Position numbers and translations under genes: made by a program
Notes under the pieces: generated by a model
Databases searched by the model: none
What the model was told of the DNA's origin: nothing
Seen by the model: only the letters and a program-made list of their open reading frames with translations
Assembly: GCA_963700145.1 (NCBI GenBank)
Contig: OY969474.1
Location: 96,001-160,000, forward strand
Length of the DNA stretch: 64,000 bases
Source of the DNA: an uncultured Acidobacteriota bacterium
GTDB taxonomy: Bacteria; Acidobacteriota; Thermoanaerobaculia; Multivoradales; UBA5704
Reading direction: 5' to 3'
Shown here: positions 30,153 to 39,900 of the stretch, in pieces
Layout of the letters: each line of letters starts with the position of its first letter
Numbering within the stretch: the stretch's first letter is position 1

Positions 30153-31099
30153 GCGCCTGGCTCTCGGACGGCGCGCTCCGCCACCTGCGCGCGGTCGCCG
30201 ACCTGCCGGATACGACCGGCACGCGCTACGAGGTGCTGGAGGAGGTCGGGCGCGGCGGCATGGCCGCGGTCTACCGGGCGCGCGACCGCGAGCTCGACCG
30301 CGAGGTGGCCCTCAAGGTGGAGGGGGCCGCGGTGCCGGAGCGCGAGCGGGCGCGGATGCTGCGCGAGGCGCGCATCCTCGCCCGCCTCGAGCACCCGGGG
30401 ATCGTGCCGGTCCACGACGTCGGCGTCCTCCCCGACGGCCGCACCTACTACGCGATGAAGCTGGTGCGCGGCGAGAGCCTCGACGCCCGCGCCGCGCAGA
30501 CGCCGCTCCCCGAGCTCCTCCGCCTCTTCACGCGGGTCTGCGAAGCGGTCGCCTTCGCCCACGCCCACGGCGTCGTGCACCGCGACCTGAAGCCCGGCAA
30601 CGTCATGGTCGGGGCGTTCGGTGAGGTGCTGGTGATGGACTGGGGAGTGGCGAAGCTGCGCGCCGACGCCGCGGCGGAGGAGCGGGGGACCGTCCTCGGC
30701 ACGCCCGGCTACATGCCGCCCGAGCAGGAGCGCGGCGAGGTCGAGCGGATCGACGAGCGGGCTGACGTCTACGCCCTGGGCGCTCTCCTGCGCTTCCTCG
30801 TCGAGCGCGCCGGCACCGCCCCCGGCGCCGGCGGACGGGCGCGTCGCGCGGCGCCGCTGCGACCGTTGCGCGCCATCTGCGACCGCGCCGCCGCGGCCGA
30901 GCCGGCGGCGCGCTACCCGTCCGTGGCGGCGCTCGCCGCCGACCTCGCGGCCTACCTCGACGGCGGCGCCGTCGCGGCCTACCGCGAGGGGGCGCTGGAG
31001 CGCGTCGCGCGCCTCGTCCGCCCCTACCGCACGCCGCTCCTGCTCGTCGCCGCCTACCTGCTGATGCGCGTCGTCCTGCTCCTCGCGCTCGGACGTTAA
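30149..31099 (+). CDS. Ser/Thr protein kinase with C-terminal TM helix
   Basis: GRGGM, VALK, HRDLKPGN, DWG and GTPGYMPPE motifs; GTGA overlap with the sigma-factor stop. Confidence 0.9.
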   Translation: MSAWLSDGALRHLRAVADLPDTTGTRYEVLEEVGRGGMAAVYRARDRELDREVALKVEGAAVPERERARMLREARILARLEHPGIVPVHDVGVLPDGRTYYAMKLVRGESLDARAAQTPLPELLRLFTRVCEAVAFAHAHGVVHRDLKPGNVMVGAFGEVLVMDWGVAKLRADAAAEERGTVLGTPGYMPPEQERGEVERIDERADVYALGALLRFLVERAGTAPGAGGRARRAAPLRPLRAICDRAAAAEPAARYPSVAALAADLAAYLDGGAVAAYREGALERVARLVRPYRTPLLLVAAYLLMRVVLLLALGR

Positions 31100-31162
31100 A
31101 GAGATCGCCGCCGGCGTTGGATGAGAGGGCAGGGAGACTAGACTCCCTGAAAGGAGATCGGA

Positions 31163-31534
31163 ATGAGCAAGCCGCTGCTGGGCCTCCTCCTGGGGGGCGT
31201 TCTGGGGATCTTCGACGGCCTCTCGGCGCTGGTCTCGGCGCCGGAGACCGCGCCGTACATCGCCGGCATCGTCATCGGCTCGACGTTCAAGGGGATCGTC
31301 ACCGGCGTCCTGATCGGCTGGTTCGCGAAGAAAGTGAATTCCCTGCCGCTCGGCATCCTCTTCGGCCTCGCGGTTGGGCTGACGCTCGCCTTCCTGGTGG
31401 CGATGATGCCGTCGGAGACCGGCCAGCACTACTACTGGGAGATCATGCTGCCGGGGAGCCTGCTGGGAATGATCGTCGGCTACGCCACCCAGCGCTACGG
31501 CCGCCCCGGGCGCGCCGCGCTGGCTACCCCGTGA
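31163..31534 (+). CDS. Small integral membrane protein
   Basis: About four hydrophobic helices; AAGGAG RBS. Confidence 0.7.
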   Translation: MSKPLLGLLLGGVLGIFDGLSALVSAPETAPYIAGIVIGSTFKGIVTGVLIGWFAKKVNSLPLGILFGLAVGLTLAFLVAMMPSETGQHYYWEIMLPGSLLGMIVGYATQRYGRPGRAALATP

Positions 31535-32204
31535 ACTTGTACCCCAGCCGGTGGACGGTGACGATCCAGCGCGGGTCGCCGGGCTCGTCCTCGAGCTTCT
31601 TGCGCAGCTTGGCGATGTGCATGTCCACGGTGCGGGTGAAGGGGATCGAGTTGTAGTCCCAGACCGCGTCGAGGAGGGTCTCGCGCGTCACCACCTCGCC
31701 GCGGTGCTGGACGAAGAAGGCGAGGAGCTGGAACTCGCGCGGCGACAGCTCGAGCCGCGCGCCGCCTTTCGTCGCCTCGTGGCGGCGGAAGTCCAGCGCC
31801 ACCTCGCCGAAGCGGTAGCCGTCGGGCGCAGCGGCCTTGCCGGCGCTGCGCCGCAGCACCGCCTCGGCGCGCGCCATCAGCTCCATGAAGCCGAACGGCT
31901 TGGTGACGTAGTCGTCGGCCCCGAGCTTCAAGCCGATGACCTTGTCGATCTCCTGGCCGCGCGCCGTCAGCATGATGATCGGCACCCCGCTGCCGCCGGC
32001 GCGGAGCTGCTTGCAGACGTCGAGGCCGGTCATGCGCGGCAGCATGACGTCGAGGACGACGAGGTCGGGGGTGGCGGCGCTGGCGAGCTGCAGGCCCGCC
32101 TCGCCGTCCTTGGCGAGGGTGACGGAGTAGCCCTCGTACTCGAAGCCGTCGCGCAGCGCGACGGACATCGCCTCGTCGTCTTCGACGATCAGGACGCTAG
32201 GCAT
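31524..32204 (-). CDS. OmpR/PhoB family response regulator
   Basis: Receiver [22 protein letters not shown] and winged-helix [13 protein letters not shown]. Confidence 0.93.
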   Translation of the reverse strand: MPSVLIVEDDEAMSVALRDGFEYEGYSVTLAKDGEAGLQLASAATPDLVVLDVMLPRMTGLDVCKQLRAGGSGVPIIMLTARGQEIDKVIGLKLGADDYVTKPFGFMELMARAEAVLRRSAGKAAAPDGYRFGEVALDFRRHEATKGGARLELSPREFQLLAFFVQHRGEVVTRETLLDAVWDYNSIPFTRTVDMHIAKLRKKLEDEPGDPRWIVTVHRLGYKFTG

Positions 32205-33927
32205 TCTGCGGCTCTCCCGCGGGCAGGGGCTCCCCGGCGGCGGAAGCCGCCTTGCCGGCGGGGGAAGCCGCCTCGCCGGCGGCGGCAGCCGCCTCCGCGG
32301 CGGCGTCGACCGGCAGCCAGATCGCGAACGTGCTGCCCTCGCCGATCTTGCTCTCCACCGTCACGCGGCCCTGGTGGGCCTCGACGATGTGGCGCACGAT
32401 GGCGAGCCCCAGGCCGCTGCCCTTGACGTCGTGCACCAGGCCGGTCGAGACGCGGTGGAAGCGGTCGAAGATCTTGCGCTGCTCGTCGCGCGGGATGCCG
32501 CAGCCGCGGTCGGTCACCGCGACCGTCACCCAGCCGCCCTCGCGCGCCACCGCGACGGCGATCTCCTTGCCGCCGTTCGAGTACTTGACGGCGTTGTCGA
32601 GCAGGTTCGACAGCGACTGGGCGATGGCGCCGGCGTCGAGCTGCACCGGCGGCAGCGGCGCCGCCGGGCGCTCGAAGCGGATGACGAAGCCGCTCTGGCG
32701 CAGGCGCACCTCGAAGGTCTTGAGCGTCTCGGCGACGACGTCGGCCAGGTCGGCGCGCTCGAAGTGGTAGCTCTTCCGCCCCGACTCGATCGAGGAGAAG
32801 TCGAGGATGTTGTTGATGAGCTGGGTCAGCCGCCGGCTCTCGGTCTCGATGTACTCGCCGTACTCGCGCGCGCGGTCGAGGCTCTCGACGCGGCCGAGCC
32901 GCAGCAGCTCGCCGAAGACGCGGATCGAGGCCAGCGGCGTGCGCAGCTCGTGGCTGACGTTGGAGACGAAGTCGCTCTTCATCGCCGAGAGCTTGACCGC
33001 GCGCGAGGCCGAGCGCAGGGCGAGGACGACGCCACCCAAAAGGACGGTGGCGAGCAGCGCCGAGAGGCCGATGTTGACGCCGAAGCTGCGGTGCGCGACC
33101 TCGGCGACGGTGGCGTGGCGGCTGGCGAGCCCCATCGTCCAGTCGGTGAAGACCAGCGAGAAGGGCTTCTTGGCCTCCTCGCGCAGCCGCTTCTTGGGGT
33201 CGGTCGTGTAGACCAGGTCGCCGCGGCGGTCGCGCACCGTGACCACGAAGTCGTCGGCCGGGTCGTCGCCGAAGTACTTGGGCAGAGCGTGCTGGATCGC
33301 CGCCGGCAGGACGGCGGTGCGGAAGTGCGCCTCGTCGAGCAGCAGGCCGGTGATCCCGACGACCTGCGAGGTCTCGTCGGTGATCGGGAAGAGGAGGATG
33401 CGCGAGCGCGGGTCCCGCTCCTCGACGACCAGCGAGGTCTTCTCGAGCGGCGCCCCCTTGTGCGCCTGCGTCGACCAGGGGCTGATGGCGATCCAGATCG
33501 CCCGCTCCTCGTCGCTCCACCCGGGCTCGTACCAGCAGCCGGCCTTGGGGTCGAAGTGGCGGAGGTCGCCCTTTTCCGGCCCGGCGAAGCTGGCGGCGAA
33601 GAGACGGCGCACGCCCGGCGGCGTCTCCTTGTGGAAGAGGTGGGCCACCTTCTCGAGCTTGCCTTCGGTGAAGATCGACGACGGCAGGTTGAGCGCCCGC
33701 TCCATCTGCGTGCTGTAGAGCCACTTGACGTCCGCCGCCACGCCTTCGAGGTAGTTGTCGAGCTGCTTCTGCTGCGCCAGGGCCGAGGTCTCGTCGAGCT
33801 TGACCAGCCAGCGGTACTGCAGGGCGAGGAGGAGGGCGAGCGGCGCCAGCACGGCGAGGAAGCCGAGCGGGAGGGCGTGCCGGCGGGCGAAGTTGGCGAG
33901 GCGCATGGTCGTCGGTCCAGGCGTCAT
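32197..33927 (-). CDS. Sensor histidine kinase
   Basis: Two TM helices, SHELRTPL H-box, [15 protein letters not shown] and GSGLGL. Confidence 0.92.
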   Translation of the reverse strand: MTPGPTTMRLANFARRHALPLGFLAVLAPLALLLALQYRWLVKLDETSALAQQKQLDNYLEGVAADVKWLYSTQMERALNLPSSIFTEGKLEKVAHLFHKETPPGVRRLFAASFAGPEKGDLRHFDPKAGCWYEPGWSDEERAIWIAISPWSTQAHKGAPLEKTSLVVEERDPRSRILLFPITDETSQVVGITGLLLDEAHFRTAVLPAAIQHALPKYFGDDPADDFVVTVRDRRGDLVYTTDPKKRLREEAKKPFSLVFTDWTMGLASRHATVAEVAHRSFGVNIGLSALLATVLLGGVVLALRSASRAVKLSAMKSDFVSNVSHELRTPLASIRVFGELLRLGRVESLDRAREYGEYIETESRRLTQLINNILDFSSIESGRKSYHFERADLADVVAETLKTFEVRLRQSGFVIRFERPAAPLPPVQLDAGAIAQSLSNLLDNAVKYSNGGKEIAVAVAREGGWVTVAVTDRGCGIPRDEQRKIFDRFHRVSTGLVHDVKGSGLGLAIVRHIVEAHQGRVTVESKIGEGSTFAIWLPVDAAAEAAAAAGEAASPAGKAASAAGEPLPAGEPQNA

Positions 33928-33969
33928 GATAGGGCAGCGTACGGGCGGCGCAAGAGGCCGGACGGCCCT

Positions 33970-34024
33970 TTTACGAATTGATTACCTGGTTTGCAAGGTT
34001 TTACCGCAGCGTAAGGACATTTAC
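33970..34024. promoter_or_regulatory. Phased TTTAC-like direct repeats, candidate OmpR/CpxR-type binding sites in a divergent promoter
   Basis: TTTAC 33970, ATTAC 33981, TTTGC 33990, TTTAC 34000 and TTTAC 34020, spaced about 10 bp or a multiple of it. Confidence 0.45.
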
Positions 34025-34096
34025 GACCGCCCGCTCCTAGTCTGCCGGCATGGCGAGCGGGCACTCCGCGAAGCCGCAAACCCAAGGAGGCAGATC

Positions 34097-34579
34097 ATGA
34101 CCAAGTGGACCGCAGGATTCCTCGCAGTCGCGCTCGCGACGAGCTTCGCCGGCGTCGCCAAGGCCGGCGGCGCGCACGGCAAGTGCACCGAAGGCACCTC
34201 GGAGGCGGCCCTCCAGGCGCGCGTCGAGAAGATGAAGTCCTGGGGCTACCTCGGGGTCGAGAAGGAGAAGAACGCGGCCGGCGCCTACGCGATCACCGCG
34301 GTCGCGCCCGACAGCCCGGCGGCCAAAGCCGGGTTTCGCGTCGGCGACGTCCTGGTGGCCCTCAACGGGGTCGCTCTGACCGACTCCAACAGCGAGGCGC
34401 TCAAGAAGGCCAAGGCCAACCTCGGCCCCGGCAAGCAGATCAGCTACACCGTCCGCCGCGACGGCGCCGAGCGCCAGCTCACCGCCACCCTCGCGCCGGT
34501 GCCGGAAGAGGTCCTCGCGCAGTGGCTCGGCGAGCATCTGATGGACTCGCATCTGGGCACCGCCGTCGCCAGCAACTGA
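34097..34579 (+). CDS. Secreted PDZ-domain protein
   Basis: AAGGAGG RBS, signal peptide, GYLGV..VAPDSPAAKAGFRVGDVLVALNG. Confidence 0.85.
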   Translation: MTKWTAGFLAVALATSFAGVAKAGGAHGKCTEGTSEAALQARVEKMKSWGYLGVEKEKNAAGAYAITAVAPDSPAAKAGFRVGDVLVALNGVALTDSNSEALKKAKANLGPGKQISYTVRRDGAERQLTATLAPVPEEVLAQWLGEHLMDSHLGTAVASN

Positions 34580-34659
34580 CCTCCCTCCCTCTCTCTCCTT
34601 CTTCCCCTCCCCCCGCCCTCCCTCGCGATTCGCGGGGGAGGGCGCCCCTCCGTTCAGCT

Positions 34660-35421
34660 CTAGTCGAGCTCCTTGGCGTACTCGGACTTGTGCGCTTCGA
34701 TCCAGGGGTCGAGCTTCCCGAGCAGGCCGGAGGCCTCCCGGGTCGGCAGCGAGAAAGTTTCGGGCGGGTCCATCTCGTGGGCGTCGATGACCGCGAGCTC
34801 GGGGTGGAGGCGCGCCAGGTACTCGTTGCTGATGCTGCCCTCGCCGAAGGCGTCGATCTTGCCGCCGAGCAGGTCGGTGATCGGGTCCTGCTGGTTCGTG
34901 TAGCCGCGGAACAGCGTCCCCTCGGGCGCCCGCGCGCGAGTGTCCACCTCGGCCGTCGAGCCGGTGGTGAAGGCGACGGTGCGGCCCTTGAAGTCGGCGA
35001 TCGTGTGCAGCTCGTCCGCATCCGCCTTGCGGATCAGGAGCGTCCGCTGGACGTTGAAGTAAGGCGCGCTCCAGACCACTCCCGGGCTCTTGCGGCTGTC
35101 GAGCGGCGCGATGCCCGCCGCCGCGAGGTCGCACTCGCCGCGCCCTGGGCGCTCCCAGATGCCGGCGAAGTCGGCCTCCTTGAACTTCACCACTGGGAGG
35201 CCGTTGTCCTGCGCGAAGTGCCGGACGAAGGTGATGTCCGTGCCGACGATCTCGCCGCTCTCGTCCTTTGAGCTCACGGGGGCGAAGCCGGTGTACGTGC
35301 AGACGGTCAGCACGCCCGGCTCGATCGTCGCCAGGCCCGACGACTCGGGGGGCGCGGGCGGCGCGGGCGCGCAGCCGGCCGCGATGGAGAAAAGGCACAA
35401 GACCGCCAGCGGCATCTTCAT
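34660..35421 (-). CDS. Amino-acid ABC transporter substrate-binding lipoprotein (family 3)
   Basis: Lipobox AAGC; PGVLTVCT..FAP, GECDLAAAGI and SAPYF motifs. Confidence 0.82.
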   Translation of the reverse strand: MKMPLAVLCLFSIAAGCAPAPPAPPESSGLATIEPGVLTVCTYTGFAPVSSKDESGEIVGTDITFVRHFAQDNGLPVVKFKEADFAGIWERPGRGECDLAAAGIAPLDSRKSPGVVWSAPYFNVQRTLLIRKADADELHTIADFKGRTVAFTTGSTAEVDTRARAPEGTLFRGYTNQQDPITDLLGGKIDAFGEGSISNEYLARLHPELAVIDAHEMDPPETFSLPTREASGLLGKLDPWIEAHKSEYAKELD

Positions 35422-35441
35422 CTCTGGTCTCCTCGATGGGG

Positions 35442-36233
35442 TCACGGTGGACACTCCTCCGCGTCGAGCTCCTTGGCGCGCTGCTGCCAGAGTTCGACGT
35501 AGCGGGCCGCTTCGGCCGCCGGCTTGCGCGGCACGTAGGTCTCGATAAAGCTCGCCGGCTCGCTGCCGGCGTTGACGGCGGAATGGACCACGCCGACGGC
35601 GGCGACGAGCGCCTGCCCCACCTCGACCAGGCGCTCGCGGCCGCCGACGGTGACGCGGAGCCTGCCGCTCAAGACGTAGTTGCTGATCTCGAAGGGATGG
35701 TCGTGGGGCGCGATGAAGGCGCCGGGGGAGTAGTCGAGGTACGAGGCCTCCAGGTGCGTCCCGGAGAGGATCGGCTTGCCGAAGACGCCCTTGCGGGTGT
35801 TGTCGTGGGCGGCCGGATCGGTGGGGACCTGCGAGGCGTCGAAGTGGCCGCCGAAGCTCCCGTCGAGCGGGCCGCCGGTGTCGGGCGCCGAGCCGTGGCG
35901 CAGGAAGAAGGTGTCGCCCCCCGCGAGCTTCGGCTGCGGCGCCGAGAGCTGCCACCACCGCGCCCCCTCGGCACCCACGTTGTGCCAGGCGATGATCGTG
36001 CCGCTCGGCAGGACGGCGTAGTCGCCCGGGCCGAGGTCGTAGGCGCGCTCGCCGAACCTCCCAAGGACCCGTCCCGCGAGGACGTAGAACCCCACCTCGT
36101 AGGAGTGGAAGTGCGACGTCACGCTGCCCGCCGGATCGAGCGAGCAGACGTCGAGCCCCATGTGCACCAGGCCGCTCGCCACGTCGACGATCGGCTCGGT
36201 GCGATAGCCGATGCAGTACGGCGTCCTGCTCAT
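35442..36233 (-). CDS. Bicupin domain protein
   Basis: Two cupin motifs: HFHSYEVGFYVLAG and PHDHPFEISNYVLSG..HSAVN. Confidence 0.82.
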   Translation of the reverse strand: MSRTPYCIGYRTEPIVDVASGLVHMGLDVCSLDPAGSVTSHFHSYEVGFYVLAGRVLGRFGERAYDLGPGDYAVLPSGTIIAWHNVGAEGARWWQLSAPQPKLAGGDTFFLRHGSAPDTGGPLDGSFGGHFDASQVPTDPAAHDNTRKGVFGKPILSGTHLEASYLDYSPGAFIAPHDHPFEISNYVLSGRLRVTVGGRERLVEVGQALVAAVGVVHSAVNAGSEPASFIETYVPRKPAAEAARYVELWQQRAKELDAEECPP

Positions 36234-36308
36234 CGCCGAAGACCCCTCTCCGTTGTCCAGAAGGTCGCAGTCTACCGCTAGAGTTGGAAGCGCGGAGGAC
36301 ATGCAGCC

Positions 36309-36920
36309 ATGCGCATCGGGATCATCGGGGCCGGCAACGTCGGCGGGACGCTCGGGCGGCGGTGGGCGGGGGCGGGGCACGAGGTGGTGTTCGGGACGCG
36401 GCATCCGGGGCGCGTGGAGACGCCGCCCGGGACGCGCGCGGCCGGCGTCCGCGAGGCGGCGGAGCATGGCGAGGTGGTGGTCCTCGCCACGCCGTGGGAC
36501 GGTGTGCGCGACGCGCTCGCCGCGGCCGGCGATCTCGCCGGCAAGGTGCTCTTCGACTGCACGAACCCGCTGGCCAAGGACCTCTCGGGGCTGGCGATCG
36601 GGCACACCACCTCGGCCGGCGAGCAGGTAGCCGCGCTCGCCTCCGGCGCGCGCGTGGTCAAGATCTTCAACTCGACCGGCGCCGGCAACATGGCCGACCC
36701 GCTGTACGGGGAGCAGGCGGCGACGATGCTCTACTGCGGCGACGACGGCGAGGCCAAGGGGACGGCCGCGCGCCTCGCCGCCGACTTGGGCTTCGAGCCG
36801 GTGGACGCCGGCCCGCTACGGAACGCGCGGCTGCTCGAGCCGCTGGCCATGCTCTGGATCTCCCTCGCCTACGTCCAGGGCCTCGGCCCGGGCATCGCCT
36901 TCAAGATGCTCCGGCGGTAG
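36309..36920 (+). CDS. NADPH-dependent F420 reductase-like oxidoreductase
   Basis: GIIGAGNVG Rossmann motif, LATPW, DCTNP, VVKIFN and DAGPL. Confidence 0.88.
   Translation: MRIGIIGAGNVGGTLGRRWAGAGHEVVFGTRHPGRVETPPGTRAAGVREAAEHGEVVVLATPWDGVRDALAAAGDLAGKVLFDCTNPLAKDLSGLAIGHTTSAGEQVAALASGARVVKIFNSTGAGNMADPLYGEQAATMLYCGDDGEAKGTAARLAADLGFEPVDAGPLRNARLLEPLAMLWISLAYVQGLGPGIAFKMLRR
36813..36917 (+). repeat. Left copy of a ~100-bp direct repeat (3' end of the oxidoreductase gene)
   Basis: ccgctacgg..gctgctcgagc..gctggccatgct..cgcctacgtccaggg..ggcatcgcct..tgctccggcgg recurs at 41490-41591. Confidence 0.88.
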
Positions 36921-36928
36921 GGAGACTC

Positions 36929-39900
36929 TCACGACGGTCCCGAAGCGATATCGCCCGCTCCAATGGCGCCGGGGACCGACATCCAGCGAAGCACAACTAG
37001 TGACGAGGCAAGCTCTTGAAACCGTCTTGCTTCGGCGTCATATCGCTGCAGGTCGGGTGTCAATCTGCGATCCTCTAGACCCTCCAACTCCGTTCTTAGG
37101 CTCTTGATGGGCTCGAGAAGTACCTCCAAGATCTCCTGCGCAACCCAAGTACTTTGCTCAACTTCTCCCACAGCGCGAGGAAGCAGGTTCCGGAGATTAT
37201 CGACTTCCTGGGTTAACTGTCGCGCCGAAGCCGCTAAATAACGGTCCAAAATCGAAATGCCAACTTCATCAAGACGTGGGCTCAGCTTTGCGAGGAGGGC
37301 TAGATGAGCGAAATGTAGATGCACTTTACCTAGGCATTCCTGGAGGGCGTTGAGGCTTTCGATCCGCGCAGCCCGACTCACCTCCACTCCTAGGGTTTCC
37401 ATCTGCTCTTGAGAGAGAGGCTGCAGCACTCGAAGCCAAGGCCGGTCCGGATTCTCGCGGTCACCACCGTGCGAGAATACAAAGGACGGCACGACCCAAG
37501 CACCCGACTCTGGCGCGACACCGGCAAGTCTCGGAATTATCAAAATATTGGGCCAGTAGTACTCTAGGGCGTATTGCACAAGAGAGCCGAACCTTGCACC
37601 TTCCAGCATTTCACCGAGGCGAGCAAGAACGTCCGCTCGCGCCGCCTCGAGATCTGTGAGCGAGGTTAGATCGAGACAGAGGACCATGGCAGGCCGTCCT
37701 TGCCAGACAAATCGATCACGAATCATAACGACACTCCACATTGGCGAAGTGAGCGATCTTTTCAGCTCCTTCCGCACAAGCGCCAAAGCTTCCTCCATCT
37801 CCGAGACAGATTGCGCGCCTGCAGCTTGCATCCTCTTCTCCGGAAAATCGCAAAACTGATACCACAATGCCCAGAGTTCCGGAAAAAGGTTTGTCTCCCG
37901 CTTCGCCACTCGAATGAGCTTGTCAGTGTCGGCAAGGTGGCCGACCCGCTCATTGAAGGCACGCTGCATAGCGGAGAGGCAGATCATCACCTGAAAGAGG
38001 TTGTGCTTTGAGAGACGGATCTTATCTTCGCCATAACCATACTGCGCTGTCGCCAGAGCTATGACTTCGCTTTTGTTGCGTATGTTGCGGCCAATCATGC
38101 CATGCACCACACAGAGGATCTCCGCTTGGCTGAGGAAGTTTGAGATAGCGAATGTATAGTCCTGCATCGCCTTCGCGAAGGCGCGATGACGGCCCAGGGC
38201 AAATGTGCTCGCTATATTAGTAGAGAACGCTGATGCTTTAGCTGAACCATCGCGCTGAGTTTCACTTGAGAGGCCCCATTCATCGACAGCACTCATTGGG
38301 AGGTGAGGAACAGTGCCTGCCGCTTGCTTAGCTTGCTCCCACAGCTCCGTAGTCAATGTGCTACCGAAGAGACTTCTCGCACTGTTGTTCTCAAAATACG
38401 CGCTGAGAGCCCTGTGAAGTTGCAGGAGCACAGTTGCAATCGTCTCGCGGATGCTTAGGAGTAGCTCCGCGTACAGGTTCCACGTGTCTGGGCGCCGCCC
38501 GAAGGCTTCGAGGCTGTGCAGAGTCGCGTTGACACGAACCAGCCAAGGGGCAGGCAAGGCGGTCGGCGGCATTTGCTTCCTCGTAGAGTCATGAGGTAGC
38601 TCAACCCCCGCGACGGTTAGCTGGTGGCCGTGACCCTGCGTGCAATACTGTTCCTTATCGGGGAAGAAACCGTGGAGTAGCTCGGCCCGTCTGACGGCTT
38701 CATTGTTGAGAATCGCATCTAGACTCTCTTTCCGAGGGCCCTGCCGCGTCGCCGTAGAGGTGCGTCGTACTGGTAGGATTTCGACAGATTCGAGAACCGC
38801 CCCGTCGGTCTCAGGGCTTTCGGTGCGACTATCAGCGAGTAGGTCGAAAGGAACTAGGAATTCCGCGGTAACGGTCTCGCCGCTCTCTGTCAAGATAAGC
38901 GACTCCGTATCCTCTCGGAAGCGGGTCCGAAGGGCCTCTCCATGCAGCCTTAGAAGTTGGGCCTGTCTCGTCGGATCAGCCTCGGCTAAAGCAAGGCAGA
39001 TTTGCGCCTGGATACTGAGGGGCAGACTACCCACTGGTAAATCGGCCAACTCAAATGTGCCGGGGACAGGTATGTTCAAGCGCCCAGCCCAAAAGGTCAA
39101 CTCTGCGAGACCTTCCCAATCGCTTAGATCTGAAGGTTCGGTTGCAATCTTAGTGTTGAGCAGCCAATTTGTGATCGGCTCAAAGAGGCGTGACCTCGGC
39201 GTGAGATGGCTTCTGATACGGCGCAACATTTCAGCCACGGCTGGGTTTGTTCGCCCGAGGAGATCTAACACTCCTTCGGCCGGGTCTTGACCGAGTGCGC
39301 CAGCGACATCCGGCAGAACGAGGAATGCCCACGCTTCACTAGCGATATTTCTTGCTTCCTCAATAGTAGGCCGATTCTCCTCAAGGTAGCACTTAGTGCC
39401 CCACCACAGCAGGACTCGTCCGATACCGCCCCCGCCGGTCCAACCGAGGCGAGGAAGCTGCGCCAGAGCTGCCGGCAAGCGAGCCCAGCAGTTGGGATGT
39501 CGGGAAAGCAAATACAATAGAAACACCTCCAAATCATTCTCAGGAATGAAAGGGAGCCCCTGAAGAGCTAGCTCCTCAGCCGGCGCAAGGACCGGGTCCT
39601 GAAGTTCCAGTGCTAAGAGACCAGAGCGAACTGGATGAAGAGCCTCAACTTCCGCGCGATCCGCGGAAACTCTGAGAAGGTACTCGTTCTCGAAGAGAGC
39701 TACTATTCCTATCGGGTCCTTGAGCCCTAGATGAGCTGCGAGAGGTGCGAGGCGAACATGTGCCTCGAAGGAGGTTGCCGCCGCACAAATGTGCAGAAAC
39801 CGAAGCGCCTCCGGTGCGAGTGTTCCGGACCGGACCTCCTCTCGAAGACGCCGTACTTGAGAGGCTAGAACCGACCGCAAACTCGCCGTCTGGGTAATAA

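Noticed and set aside
34580-34655. Pyrimidine tract plus hairpin between convergent genes as an ncRNA
   Set aside because: Adequately explained as a terminator or REP-like hairpin; no further support.
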